From positions 31,186,001 to 31,250,000 of the forward strand of contig OZ038379.1 of NCBI GenBank assembly GCA_964036045.1: a stretch of DNA of 64,000 nucleotides, in the 5' to 3' direction. This stretch comes from Eutreptiella sp. 'Long Island Sound 2002'. Its lineage: Eukaryota > Protista > Euglenida. The notes under the pieces are model-generated. The model was not told the origin of the DNA and did no database searches. It saw only the letters and a program-made list of their open reading frames with translations. Shown here piece after piece: positions 47,801 to 55,899 of the stretch (positions are counted from its first letter, which is position 1; each line of letters begins with the position of its first letter). Made by a program: the position numbers and the translations under genes.

Positions 47801-50751
47801 CCATTTGGGGAATACATGGGTGTTGCGGCTTTGATGTGCCTGCTGTTAGGGGCTCTGGTGGTGGCACCTGCTGTGTCCTCCATGGTGCCGTCTGTGCCCA
47901 TGCCACATGGGGCCACATGGGCCATCCAACCCCACCCCATGCCATCCCATCGCATCCCATCCAGGGGGCTGTCCTGAGGAGTTGTCGCTCAACTCTTTCA
48001 AACTCTTGAAGGACAGCCATGCATATGACCCGTCCCCAAGGTGCAGGAGCAAGACGCAGACCTCTTTGTTTTCAGTGGGTAGGGCATTCTCAAGGAGAGT
48101 TTCAGCATCACGAACAAGGTCAGGGGTTGGTAGCGCAGCCATCGCTGGACGCACAGCGTCCAAAGGCGGCAAGGCCTGGGGGCCAAGGGTCACAGCAGCG
48201 GCAATGCCAAACCACCAGTTGGCCCGTAGGGGCCGATCGTCGTCCGACAGCGGGACGGCGTGATATTGCCAATGGTGGGCCCAAGCAGCGCCCACAAGGG
48301 CCAGAAGAAAGCCAATGTACACGGTCAGTGGCATGAAGGGGCCTGCGGTCAGGAACGGGTGGGTGTAAGGGGGACTGCGGAGGCCATGGCTGCGGCGCGC
48401 CTTATAGTCCATCGTCCTTTGAGGTGCCTGCTGGGCCTGAGGAACTGATGTAGCGTGGGCCTGCGGGGCTGATGCGGTCCGTGGGACTGATGAGGGCCCT
48501 GAGGAACCTGCAGACCGTGTGTAGCGAAACGCTGTGAAGACACCAAAAGGCGGCAGAGGCACGGCGGCAAAAGCGGTGGTTAAAATGGGGTTAAAGGGGA
48601 AGGGGGGGGCGTTCAGTTCAGTTCCGGACCCGAACTCCCGCGGCGTGAGCGGGGACACAATCACCATCACGCTGGAACAGTCCGAGAGTCCACAATTGCA
48701 CGCTTCACGTGCAGTTGCTGAGCTCACCTCCGTACCCCCCCCCCCGTGTCCAGGAACCAGCAATGTTTGACCGCGGAACCAGGGGTCGGTTCTTGCGCAC
48801 ACTTTTCCCCCTAAATTTGACCGCGAAACCAGGGGTTGGTTCTTGCGCACAGCCGTGGGCAAGCCTGTACCGCGGAAAAAAAGTTTTCCGGCGCGTTGCG
48901 CCGGGACATGTGTGCCCTCTCCTTTCCCACAGTTAACCACGTTGACAAATGAACACCAAAGGTCCGTGCTTGTCAGCGTACGCCAGACAACGCAATTTGC
49001 GACGTATATCGTAATGTTGTTTAACTGACGTTTGTTTGTTTCTTGTCAGGGGCTGGTTGCTTCGGGGAAGGGGTCGAGAGCAGGGGGGAGGGGTTTAAGG
49101 GGTATGTGCGCCTGTGAGTGACTGATAGGGTCCCCCCTGATGGGGGGACCCGCAGTAACACACATGAAATGATGTCCTGCACACCTGAATAGCTGTCCTA
49201 CATCCACCAGAAACATGAAAAACCCACTACCCTGGTAAAAAAAGTGATGCGAGAATTTGACCGCGGAACCAGGGGTTGGTTCTTGCGCAAGGTGGTTCTT
49301 GGGCACGGGGGGGGGGGGGGGACAACCACAATCGGTCTCTGCTATGAAACACCTGGAGGGCACTGCCGACCTGTCTTCATATTGGATTGTGAGAAGTGAC
49401 AATCATGCGCTGTCTAGAGAGGGAAAGCAGGGAACGAGCAGACTCAGTTGCTGAGCTGTCGGTGTAGTTTGGCGGCGAAAGGATGGGGGTGCGGGGGGGG
49501 GTCAATTTGTTTTTCAATTTGTGGGGCATTTTTGAAATCCCCGTTCCATTCTGAGCATTTTGAATGCAAACAAGTCGGATAAAAGCCCCTTCCTTGCCTT
49601 GCCAACTTGCAGCTTCGGGCAGGCTGGAACGCGGTTACTATGACTTTTCCGCGTGCGTGTATGGCAAGCTGCCCGGCACGCAGCCCCCCATTGGCAAACC
49701 TGCTGTTCCCTTTTGGGGTATGCTGCGGGGTCTGAACGTAGGGGACTACATATCAACACCCTCCGTGGGGTGGTTGAAAAACAGTTGGACAGCGGTTGGG
49801 ACAAAACGGCGCCCTGTCACAGTCCTGAGCTTGGGATCCCCGCCCGTCAGCCACAGTCTTGCACCTCCTGGTCACCCACGGCTTCAAGAGTAACGGGTCG
49901 AGGGCGGAATGTCGCAATCGTGTAAATACCACATTGTACACAACTGGCGTGGCTGCACAACGCACACAGATTCTCTTGCCTTCGGCAATGCACTTCAAAG
50001 AGGAGTGGGGGGCAGCCACACTCTGGTTACATGGGCCTAGCAGCCGCTACAGGGGCCCCTACGGGTGCTAGAATACCCAAATTGTCACCAAATTATGACC
50101 CAAAGCCCTGGAAAGGTTTTCGCAAAAGGTCAATTGGCACGAACAGCCTCAAAATTGCACAAGCGCTCAAAGTTCCCACCGTCCCGACCAAAAACTCCAC
50201 ACTTTTTCGGCTCAAAATCGAACTATTCCATTGCTAAAAAATTCATGATTTCGGGGTCAAAAAATGCACCCCCCCCAAAAAAAAGCAGTAGTCAGCTTTG
50301 GGGGGTGCTCAGGGATCAAAATCGGAAAACTCATCGGCGGATCATGATTTCACAACGGATTAAACATGCAATTTCATACATTGGGGTATGCAACGTGAAT
50401 ACCTCCCCCGAAAAGGGGCATATATGGCGCTCGTGCCTGCGCTTGATCTAACAAATCTTCGACGTGATTTGACACAATTTTCCCTCAAAAAAAGTTACAA
50501 AACAAAAGCTCAAAAATGACACAGAGATGGGCCTGAGCAGTGCGCGTAAGACCTGCCAATGCATCAGTGGACTTGATGGGCGTGGAGGCGGCCAACAGTG
50601 GGCTGTGCCATGCACGAGCCCCGGCCTGCGGTAGTGCCCACAGCCCAAGGGCCACCACAGTGGTGCAGACCAAGGCAGTGATTCTGGCAACCGAATGGCC
50701 TTTGGATAATGGTGGACTGAGATGTGCATCTTGTGTATAGAATGTGGGCAT
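7020..50751 (-). CDS. CYP38: Thylakoid-lumen cyclophilin CYP38/TLP40 homologue, six exons: complement(join 50553..50751, 48062..48531, 16097..16279, 12744..12842, 10517..10726, 7020..7526), 555 aa
   Basis: The spliced frame is open over 1668 nt and all junctions are GT-AG with compatible phases (1,0,0,0,0). The translation follows the CYP38 pattern in order: RDAETLLENALPTENKE|MLRIRSELE ... FPFEIPDKYARLPRLMGRATV ... VVDGYNAPITAGNFV|ELVKKGFYD ... QRADGFVVQTGQPEG ... LPFNAFGTMAMARE ... SQFFWLLKDAELTP ... LDGRYATFGYVTE. The family match is from recalled plant CYP38 sequence, not a search. Confidence 0.92.
8006..8140. repeat. Dispersed repeat; second copy at about 11371-11500
   Basis: ATCTGATGTGG..AGTGCAACACAGGGC....GCATCACC...GCGCTGCATTGCATT..CAGCACTTT occurs in both CYP38 intron 5 and intron 4. 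Confidence 0.75.
8459..9620 (-). mobile_element. Degenerate hAT-superfamily transposase (C-terminal half) ending in a SAP-like motif, in CYP38 intron 5
   Basis: Successive frames give EAEDLLEAVCHEIF, FLTSLISDLQERF, ASSC*SERIFS (hAT dimerisation motif) and LWIWCNGPCVEEW, then ELRAVCRRYGLSVRGNKADVL (SAP pattern). Stops and frameshifts are present. Confidence 0.7.
9929..9994. mobile_element. Tiny inverted-repeat (MITE-like) element
   Basis: AGGGCGGTCCTTAA (9943-9956) and TTAAGGACCGCCCT (9980-9993) are perfect 14-bp inverted repeats around an A-run. A second left-end copy is at 9929-9943. Confidence 0.6.
10517..10726 (-). CDS. CYP38: CYP38 exon 5 (70 aa)
   Basis: Acceptor TCGTCAG|GCT. Encodes ALAHVGDMEDAMLGRFPFEIPDKYARLPRLMGRATVEC...DGYNAPITAGNFV. 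Donor GTG|GTACTG. Confidence 0.93.
12744..12842 (-). CDS. CYP38: CYP38 exon 4 (33 aa)
   Basis: Acceptor CACACAG|GGC. Encodes GLSALAAFEKSVAAFKSGLGTADEATLARYQKQ. Donor CAG|GTGCAC. Its length fills the helical-bundle gap between exons 3 and 5. Confidence 0.8.
13900..14050. repeat. ~44-bp tandem repeat, about 3.5 copies
   Basis: GGCCCTTCC(C/T)TAGAAA starts at 13900, 13944 and 13988, with a partial copy at 14038. Confidence 0.8.
14842..14894. repeat. (GA)n microsatellite
   Basis: Directly visible. Confidence 0.97.
16097..16279 (-). CDS. CYP38: CYP38 exon 3 (61 aa, N-terminal helical bundle)
   Basis: Acceptor CATCTTCAG|ATG. Encodes MLRIRSELESVGSEIRR...IVSSFAPRSKDQ. Donor CAG|GTGCTG. ENKE|MLRIRSELE aligns without a gap to the CYP38 DNKA-IREVQKPLE segment. 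Confidence 0.85.
17790..17975. repeat. Degenerate ~32-bp minisatellite (CCCCACACACTC core)
   Basis: The core recurs about five times, with GGGCCCAAAGCC or GGAACCGG between copies. Confidence 0.6.
20722..21063. mobile_element. Dispersed ~330-bp repeat family; second copy at 43030-43369
   Basis: Both copies share CCCCAGCTAT..GTCAAAACTTGC, GCGC.ACCCACTACTACCACATGCAT, TATAGAGGTATGTATGCGAT, GTCTTAAGGGTCTT and TGGGACAAAAA..TTGGCGCC, and both end in TCAAAACT. Confidence 0.8.
21847..22095. repeat. Three tandem 83-bp units, followed by a ~70-bp direct repeat (22101-22168 / 22336-22405)
   Basis: ATTTGGGCT starts at 21847, 21930 and 22013. ATTTCCCTCCCT.GATCTTGGTCT.ACAAGCAC occurs twice. Confidence 0.85.
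23380..26804 (-). mobile_element. Degenerate DIRS/Ngaro/VIPER-type retroelement: gag-like ORF1, RT-RNase H, possible tyrosine-recombinase remnant
   Basis: One frame from 24869 to 23664 has only two in-frame stops. It contains IDLTNFYCSL, ALPFGWNYSPLIAQET, HQLDDILLL, KSQTELSALVTWIGNIFDL, and RNase H motifs VDAA / QQGEL / GDNTAAI / FWVKSEMMLVHALSR. Upstream ORFs 26804-25944 are in frame across one stop. Downstream LRLTHHAMI*GGA...RW resembles YR HxxR..GRW (weak). Confidence 0.8.
26867..27837. mobile_element. ~1-kb MITE-like element with imperfect TIRs and an internal ~180-bp direct repeat
   Basis: The left end CAACCACCCCCCCAATTTGGCG mirrors the right end CGCCGAATTTGGGG..GGTTG. The internal repeat GACAGGTTT.TGGAAGTGT...TTCAGTTTGCGGCGCTTTTTTTTCAT..GGGAAAGCTGT occurs at about 27210-27375 and 27385-27570. 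Confidence 0.6.
27102..27180 (+). pseudogene. tRNA-like relic / SINE head
   Basis: A-box-like TGGTTTAATGGTT, stem TTCGG..CCGAA, B-box GGTTCAAACCC, ending GGCCA. The T stem is broken and the anticodon is not assignable. Confidence 0.4.
28368..28475. repeat. ~21-bp minisatellite (GATGGCGGTTGGCGGGTAACC)
   Basis: About five degenerate copies. Confidence 0.8.
29180..29445 (+). mobile_element. Retrotransposon gag (capsid)-like fragment
   Basis: LTLKKSEFPRHADYVKEFRTCV, then after a frameshift LNSRFVEGLSNDAVRRQY. This resembles the L..L.Q..DY..FR / F..GL pattern of LTR-element gag. Confidence 0.35.
29985..36337 (+). repeat. ~50-bp GC-rich satellite array, interrupted at about 31400-31590 and 33715-34235
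   Basis: Consensus is approximately GGGCCCCAAAAGCCGTTGGGGGCAGGGCCCCGTGCGATCGCCGTGGGGCT. AAGCCG recurs at 36146, 36195 and 36245. Confidence 0.92.
34352..40399. mobile_element. Foldback structure: inverted arms ~34352-36970 and ~37710-40399 around a ~740-bp spacer
   Basis: The arms mirror each other variant-for-variant (roughly 90-95% identity by eye). Each arm has an outer satellite domain and a ~630-bp unique inner domain (36337-36970 / 37710-38363). Confidence 0.85.
38363..40399 (-). repeat. Inverted copy of the ~50-bp satellite array (right arm)
   Basis: Reverse-complement units AGCCCCACGGCGATCGCACGGGGCCCTGCCCCCAACGGCTTTTGGGGCCC. Confidence 0.92.
40400..42175 (-). mobile_element. LINE ORF2 5' part (APE endonuclease + linker), truncated at the foldback arm
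   Basis: FIGFPETR, GWDFVWG..GGVGLLY, VHGVAGNP, LIILVDANFDL, SRIDALL...GLPGHVAVEYTLDL (APE motifs), then YWRAKL..WLERPKEVCKWIK and KMGVHTARDLEG (pre-RT linker), ending abruptly at 40400. Confidence 0.75.
44865..45325 (-). mobile_element. RNase HI domain of a degenerate non-LTR retrotransposon
   Basis: VTSGS (TDGS-like), RQTNNVAEL, LAILSDSSYL, LKWIHVPGHTGL*RNN across frameshifts at C/G runs. Confidence 0.75.
48062..48531 (-). CDS. CYP38: CYP38 exon 2 (transit peptide, stop-transfer helix, lumen-transfer domain, start of mature protein)
   Basis: A long pyrimidine tract precedes TTCACAG|CG at 48531. The exon encodes an S/A/P/R-rich stretch, then FMPLTVYIGFLLALVGAAWAHHW, then WWFGIAAAVTLG...AMA|ALPTPDLVRDAETLLENALPTENKE. 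Donor AAAGAG|GTCTGC. Confidence 0.85.
48766..49289. repeat. Three copies of a 34-bp motif in CYP38 intron 1
   Basis: TTTGACCGCG(G/A)AACCAGGGGT(C/T)GGTTCTTGCGCA at 48766-48799, 48816-48849 and 49256-49289. Confidence 0.9.
50553..50751 (-). CDS. CYP38: CYP38 exon 1 (ATG; signal peptide and start of transit peptide)
   Basis: MPTFYTQDAHLSPPLSKGHSVARITALVCTTVVALGLWALPQAGARAWHSPLLAASTPIKSTDALA plus G. The hydrophobic core is ITALVCTTVVALGLWAL. The donor GCAG|GTCTTA is phase 1 and matches the phase-1 acceptor at 48531. Confidence 0.75.
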
Positions 50752-50785
50752 TATGGTGCTGACAACTGCATTGAAAAAAAATTAT
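50752..50785 (-). promoter_or_regulatory. Candidate spliced-leader trans-splice acceptor (T-tract + AG) just upstream of the CYP38 ATG
   Basis: The minus strand reads ATAATTTTTTTTTCAATGCAG TTGTCAG CACCATA ATG, with AGs at 50767-50766 and 50760-50759. SL trans-splicing is established in Euglenozoa. It could alternatively be a cis acceptor for a non-coding upstream exon. Confidence 0.5.
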
Positions 50786-52399
50786 GGGCACTAGTCCCTC
50801 AGCAGCTGGGGCCCTGCCTTCTGTTCTCATCCAAGATGCTGTCGTTTTTCTTGAAAAAAAACCAGCCCCCACAGAACTCTCCCTCGCCGAACTTAAAGCC
50901 GGGTTGCCCCTACCCCACCCCCCCAGCCCCTCAGCTGTACCCCATCTTGGCACTGACGGCGGCAATCCAGTTCTGCTTGTGCCGGATCAGTGTGTGTCTA
51001 CTGCGTCGAAATGCCCCATGTCCCAATTCCACCAAAATTGACAAAGGGCAAAGGCCTGCGGTTACAAATGAACATGCCAGGATATCCCACTATACTTGCT
51101 ACCCACTCTGCCATGCAAAGGTAACAGGGCACCCTTGTGGCTCACTCCGTGCCAAAGGGTCTAATGCATCTAGTGTTGTGAAAGAAGTGGAAAGTATAAA
51201 TGGTAATCATCTTCTGTGTCACTGCGGGACAGAGACTTCTATACTCACTGCTGTGTATCGTGAATCTGACGAGAGTGAGGAAAGTGAGGAACTTGCAGGT
51301 CAATACACGGCACGTTCCACGCACATGAGTGTGCAGCACATGGTCTTTTGGCAATGCACTCTTTCCAAGGCTGGACTACTTTCCCGCCGCTGATGTGACA
51401 CGATGGTTGTGCATGTGCCACATGATGCAGTAAATGATGCTGTGAACAGTGCATCATCTCAGCAATGACGTGTCTCAATGACCTGCAGGTGCTGCAAATG
51501 AGATTCCCCTGATTGCTTGCTTCAGCAGTCCAGCGCAAGTATCCTATTGGACCACACTTTTTTGCGCCCCCACCCCCACCCCCACCCCACTCCACCGATC
51601 ATGCTGCTTAATTCAATACTTGGCATTCACCAGTATATGTACATGGTCCTGTATGGGAAGCTACAAGTGCATGCATTGCCTGAGATATTTGGGACAGGGC
51701 ACAATAAAAGAAGTTCAGTAATTTTGCGTACCGCATGCGCTGCTCTTGGAAGACTGAGAAAACTGTGATGCATTTCACTACATCACTCGAATTCAACCGG
51801 AATGCTGCCTTCTTAAGCAGGAGTCCTTGTGCCATGCGCTACTGTTGGGGCATAGTTCCCAACAAAGCTCCACTTCCAAAGTGCCTCCAAATCTTGTCCC
51901 CAGAGTGAGGCCATCACTTGGCTCCTATTATTGACCATCCCATGGCCTAAAGCAGCATGCAAGAACACAAAGAACAAAAAAAAAGGCATCCTTTTGGAGA
52001 CTGCTGCTCCTAAAATGGTAGAATTGAGTGTTTGAAACCCACGGGAAGGAATGGATGGGCCCAACAACTTACAGCATGGTTGTTGATCAGGCATGGTTGC
52101 TAATCAGGCCAATTATCATATGCTTCTTTCACGAAGATCGTGGTGATTCATTGGGCTGGCGGATGCAAATCAAGATTATCAAGACGATGAAACATTAATA
52201 GGTACATGTTGTTGATGTCCACAGGATCCTCGTCATTGTTTAGGTTTGTGCCTTGAACACTCAACTTTTGATGGCTTTCATCATCAAACCAAATACTTCA
52301 GACATGTTGTAGTGTTGAAGAGCATCATCTTAGCAACCACGAGAAAAGCAAAAAGGGGTTGGGAAGGGAAGGGATGAGAGCACAACATGCTTCCTACTA

Positions 52400-54450
52400 G
52401 GATGAAAAAATGTGAATGCTATCTTCCTCTCCATCCTGTGTAGTATAGGTATTTCTTAGGGAGCTGATCCATGTGACACTGTGAAAAAGCATCATTTTCA
52501 CTTTTGCTACGAAATTTTCACACAAAATCACACGTTCCAAAATTTGGTCCTTTTTGGGTTTTGGGGATTTGGACACCATTTTGGGACACAAAGTAAAATT
52601 TTCTAATCTTATTTTTGACCAAATTTTGCCGTTAAAGATTACTACGGCGTTGTAGTCAACTTCTGCGACACCGACTTCCAATTTATTAGGGGACATTCGT
52701 TCACATTCAAAATGTGGTTTTCCCCTTCCATTGCCTAGGTGCGATGTTTTTTCCAAAGATGGATTACACAAAAGTAATTAGAAAAACCAATTGCAAGGGG
52801 CCGGAGTGAAACAAGAGTGTGTACAGTGCAAGCCTTTTAATTCATGGTTTCAGCGGACGGCTGCTTATTGCGTGCTGCTTGGTCGGTCCAAATGCAGAAT
52901 GCCCAATAGTCATTTGGTAATTATGTGGGGTGAAGCATGCAAGCACTAATGGTTGAAGCATGCCACAATGTGCCGTAGCATGCTGCAACACCACATTGTT
53001 GGGCCCGATGGCGAGGGCTTTGAAGCCTGCCGTAGCACCTTGAAATTTTCTTGCTGTACTTGCTGGTCTCACCATCTTGATGGTTTTGTGTGGTGTCTTG
53101 ATCGCCATTGAGGCCACAGTGTGCAAGCACCTGGTTAATGTTGCTCTTTGCAAATATGGAGCGTCACCGTGCCAGGTGCGCGCAGGGCATCTTTTTGGGA
53201 AACTTTTGATACAGAGCCCTAATCCATGCTTTTTGCTCCTTTCCCATTGGGGATATGAACCGGCTGTTTTCCGGTTGGGGATATGGATTGGCCCCTGCTT
53301 TTACTTTCATTAATTTCGTTAGTTTTGATTGCTAGTTTAATACACTTTAGGGGCCTTGGGGACCACAATTTTGCACCTTTCAGCACCCACTGGCACACAA
53401 GGAACTTTTAAGTTTTAGTTTGATGTATTTCACGGGTATAGGGGACCAAAATTGATGCCCACACTTGTAGGTCACAAAGGGTTTATTAGCCAATACATGA
53501 GTAATACACATTGATGTTGAATTCTCCACTTCAACTTATGCATCGTGCTTTGTAGGGAACGTGTGCAGTCCACTCTGGTCGACTTGGCAGGCTCCTCTAG
53601 GGGAGGGTAACTCCCGGGTTAAAATCGGAATAGTTGATACACGAGTTGTGTGCCGGACGTGTGCCGGGCAAACACCCCCTCATGGGTGTTGTACAGCTGC
53701 CATGGCATCACTCCCCGTGGCTTTGATAGCCGGTTGGTCCTCCCCCTCGTTTAGCAAGGCTTTTCTTATCATTTGTCTTTTGATGCCAAATGTGTTCATT
53801 CTTTTGAATGTGTTCCTCAAGCCATGATCAACGATGGTAGCCACAATCGATGCATGGTAGCAAATGCCACAAATGCCACAAAGGCATCAAACCAAAAGTA
53901 GCGTACCTGCGATCCCACACTTATAACGCCGCAGTAAAGGATGCAACCACTGCATTCAAACGATTGCCGTCCTCGCAGTTAAAAAAAAATTGTCATGTAC
54001 CTCCCACATTAATGTCCGAAATCATTGCAACCAACTCTAGACCTAGAGGAGGACTATCCTTACCCTCAAAGTCAGCAGTAAAATAGGTGTTCATGCTGGT
54101 GACCCATAGTCTTGGCCTCTTGTTGACTGCGGGCTTCCAGCTTGTGACTTTGTGCCCCATGGGCCACACTTTTAACACGACACCCAGCAACACAGCCGTA
54201 TGTTGCCTCAACTTCCCCACTTGCCGCAAGCTCTTGGGAAATTTTTCTTTCTTTTTCGGTTGGGGCTTGGGCTTCTTGGACAGTGTCCTTCATGGCTTTC
54301 CTCCATTTCCCACCTACACAACTCAGAGGTACTCTTCGTCGCCATCTTGTGCTCGCCTTAATAGTGCTTTGCCGCGCGTCCTTCTCCAGCATTGCCGCGT
54401 TCCTCTTCCTTTTCACATCTTGCCTCCTTGCTTTTTTTCTTTTGGGAGTG
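52400..54450 (-). mobile_element. Highly degenerate Mutator-like DNA transposase remnant
   Basis: ACYGTLWHASTISACMLHPT*LPNDYWAFC resembles the A..ATxxH.S.D..P.H..CP....WC block. LEVGVAEVDYNAVVIFNG resembles the C-terminal LELxV.xAV..FN.G block. Many stops are present. Confidence 0.4.
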
Positions 54451-54589
54451 CACAACTCTCCCCTGGATCGCTAGCAAGACCAGAGCACAAGGCATTGACA
54501 ACATCATAGTGCACGTCATAATGCTCTTTCCAACAGCTCTGGTACTCCCTGCAAAGGGCGCAAAAATGGCTCCAAGATGCCGGACCTAC

Positions 54590-55380
54590 GAAACGCGGCC
54601 CATAGGCACGAAACACAACCTTAAGCTACAAAACGGCTATCAAAATTGTGAAGCGCGGCTCTGAGCTGCCAAGAATGGCACATTGCAGGTTCTGAGCCGC
54701 CCCAAGCCGCAAAACTAGGCTCCGGGCTTCTCCGAGCCACAAAAGGTATTCCAAGGTGGAACACGGCTACAAGCCGCAATAGGTGCGAAACGCGTCTTGC
54801 AGCCACAAAATGCAGCTCCGAGACAAGCTACAGAAGCCAAATGTAGCTTCAAGCAGTAGGACCTGCCAAACACGGCTCCGAACCACGGAACTTTTAACGG
54901 CTTGGATATGTGTTTCACTGCTCGGAGCCACAATTTGCAAATCTTGTGGACTCAGAGCCGTGTTTCCCGGATGGGAGGGAGCCCTACTTTGCGGCTCTTT
55001 TTCGCGGCTCACGTGGCCCGTAGCCGTGTGTCACCGCAAAATAGAGGTTGGAGCCGCTGAAAGCGGCTTTGAGCGCCGGAATCCGCAAATAGAAATTGCA
55101 GCTCCCAGAGACTCCAAGGGGCTAAATGCGGCTCCAAGCTGCTCCGACCCCACATGCGTGAAACGCGGCCGTGAGGAAACCCCCAATGCGGCCCCAAGCC
55201 GCTCCAAGCCCCAAAACACACCTAGGAAAGGCGGTTGCAACCCATGATAATTGCAAAATGAGGCCCCAAGCCGCAAAACACATATCCAATCCATGAAACG
55301 CAACTGTGAGCCCCTCCCAACCGCCAAAGGCGCAAAATGCGGCTCCGAGCCCTGCGTGCCAATCAACCTAGCAAAGCGAG
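54590..55380. repeat. Degenerate minisatellite rich in GCGGCTCCGAGCC / AAGCCGCAAAA motifs
   Basis: The motifs recur at irregular 40-70-bp spacing. Confidence 0.5.
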
Positions 55381-55899
55381 TTTTCAGAGCTCGATGTGTG
55401 CTCCCCGATGGCAACCACCTTTGCTACTTTTGGCCACGGTGTGATCCCTGGGGTTCCCAAGATGGGGACGAATTAGTGGCTACATAACCCTTGTGGTCTC
55501 AAGTCGTTAAATATCTAATGAGCGATTTATTATTCTACACATCGGGTACATTGTGTTCGCTGGGCCAACCAAGGCCCTCACGTATAGCACATGATACTCC
55601 TCAAGTACCCCATGTTTTGCGCTTCTTACGTCTGTCCCTTTTACCAGACCTACCACAAAACAACACCAATGGTACACGGCACTTTCCACGCCATCAAGAA
55701 CAAACTTGAAGTGTCCATGGGTGACGTTTTTTTGCGACACTTTCAACATGGCCGCAACAAGAGGCATGAGCTTTGTTGGTTATTTGTCCATTTGTCGTCT
55801 TCCACGTGTAAGGTTTAAAACCACCACGTGTTGAGACAACAGTACCCGTACCCCGACCCCCCCTCATATCCGACTTGTGGGTACTTCTTGGCCGATCCG

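Noticed and set aside
48532-48940. N-terminal extension MVNCGKG... of ORF 47846-48940 as the CYP38 start
   Set aside because: It has no signal-peptide character and runs through the 34-bp repeats and a pyrimidine tract ending in CAG. A better phase-matched signal-peptide exon exists at 50553-50751.
7527-50552. Euglenid non-conventional (non-GT-AG, stem-paired) introns in CYP38
   Set aside because: All five junctions that keep the frame and the homology are canonical GT-AG.
51300-52100. Possible hAT remnant (TASC..TIVSHQRRESSP)
   Set aside because: A single weak motif with no supporting upstream blocks. Too degraded to call.
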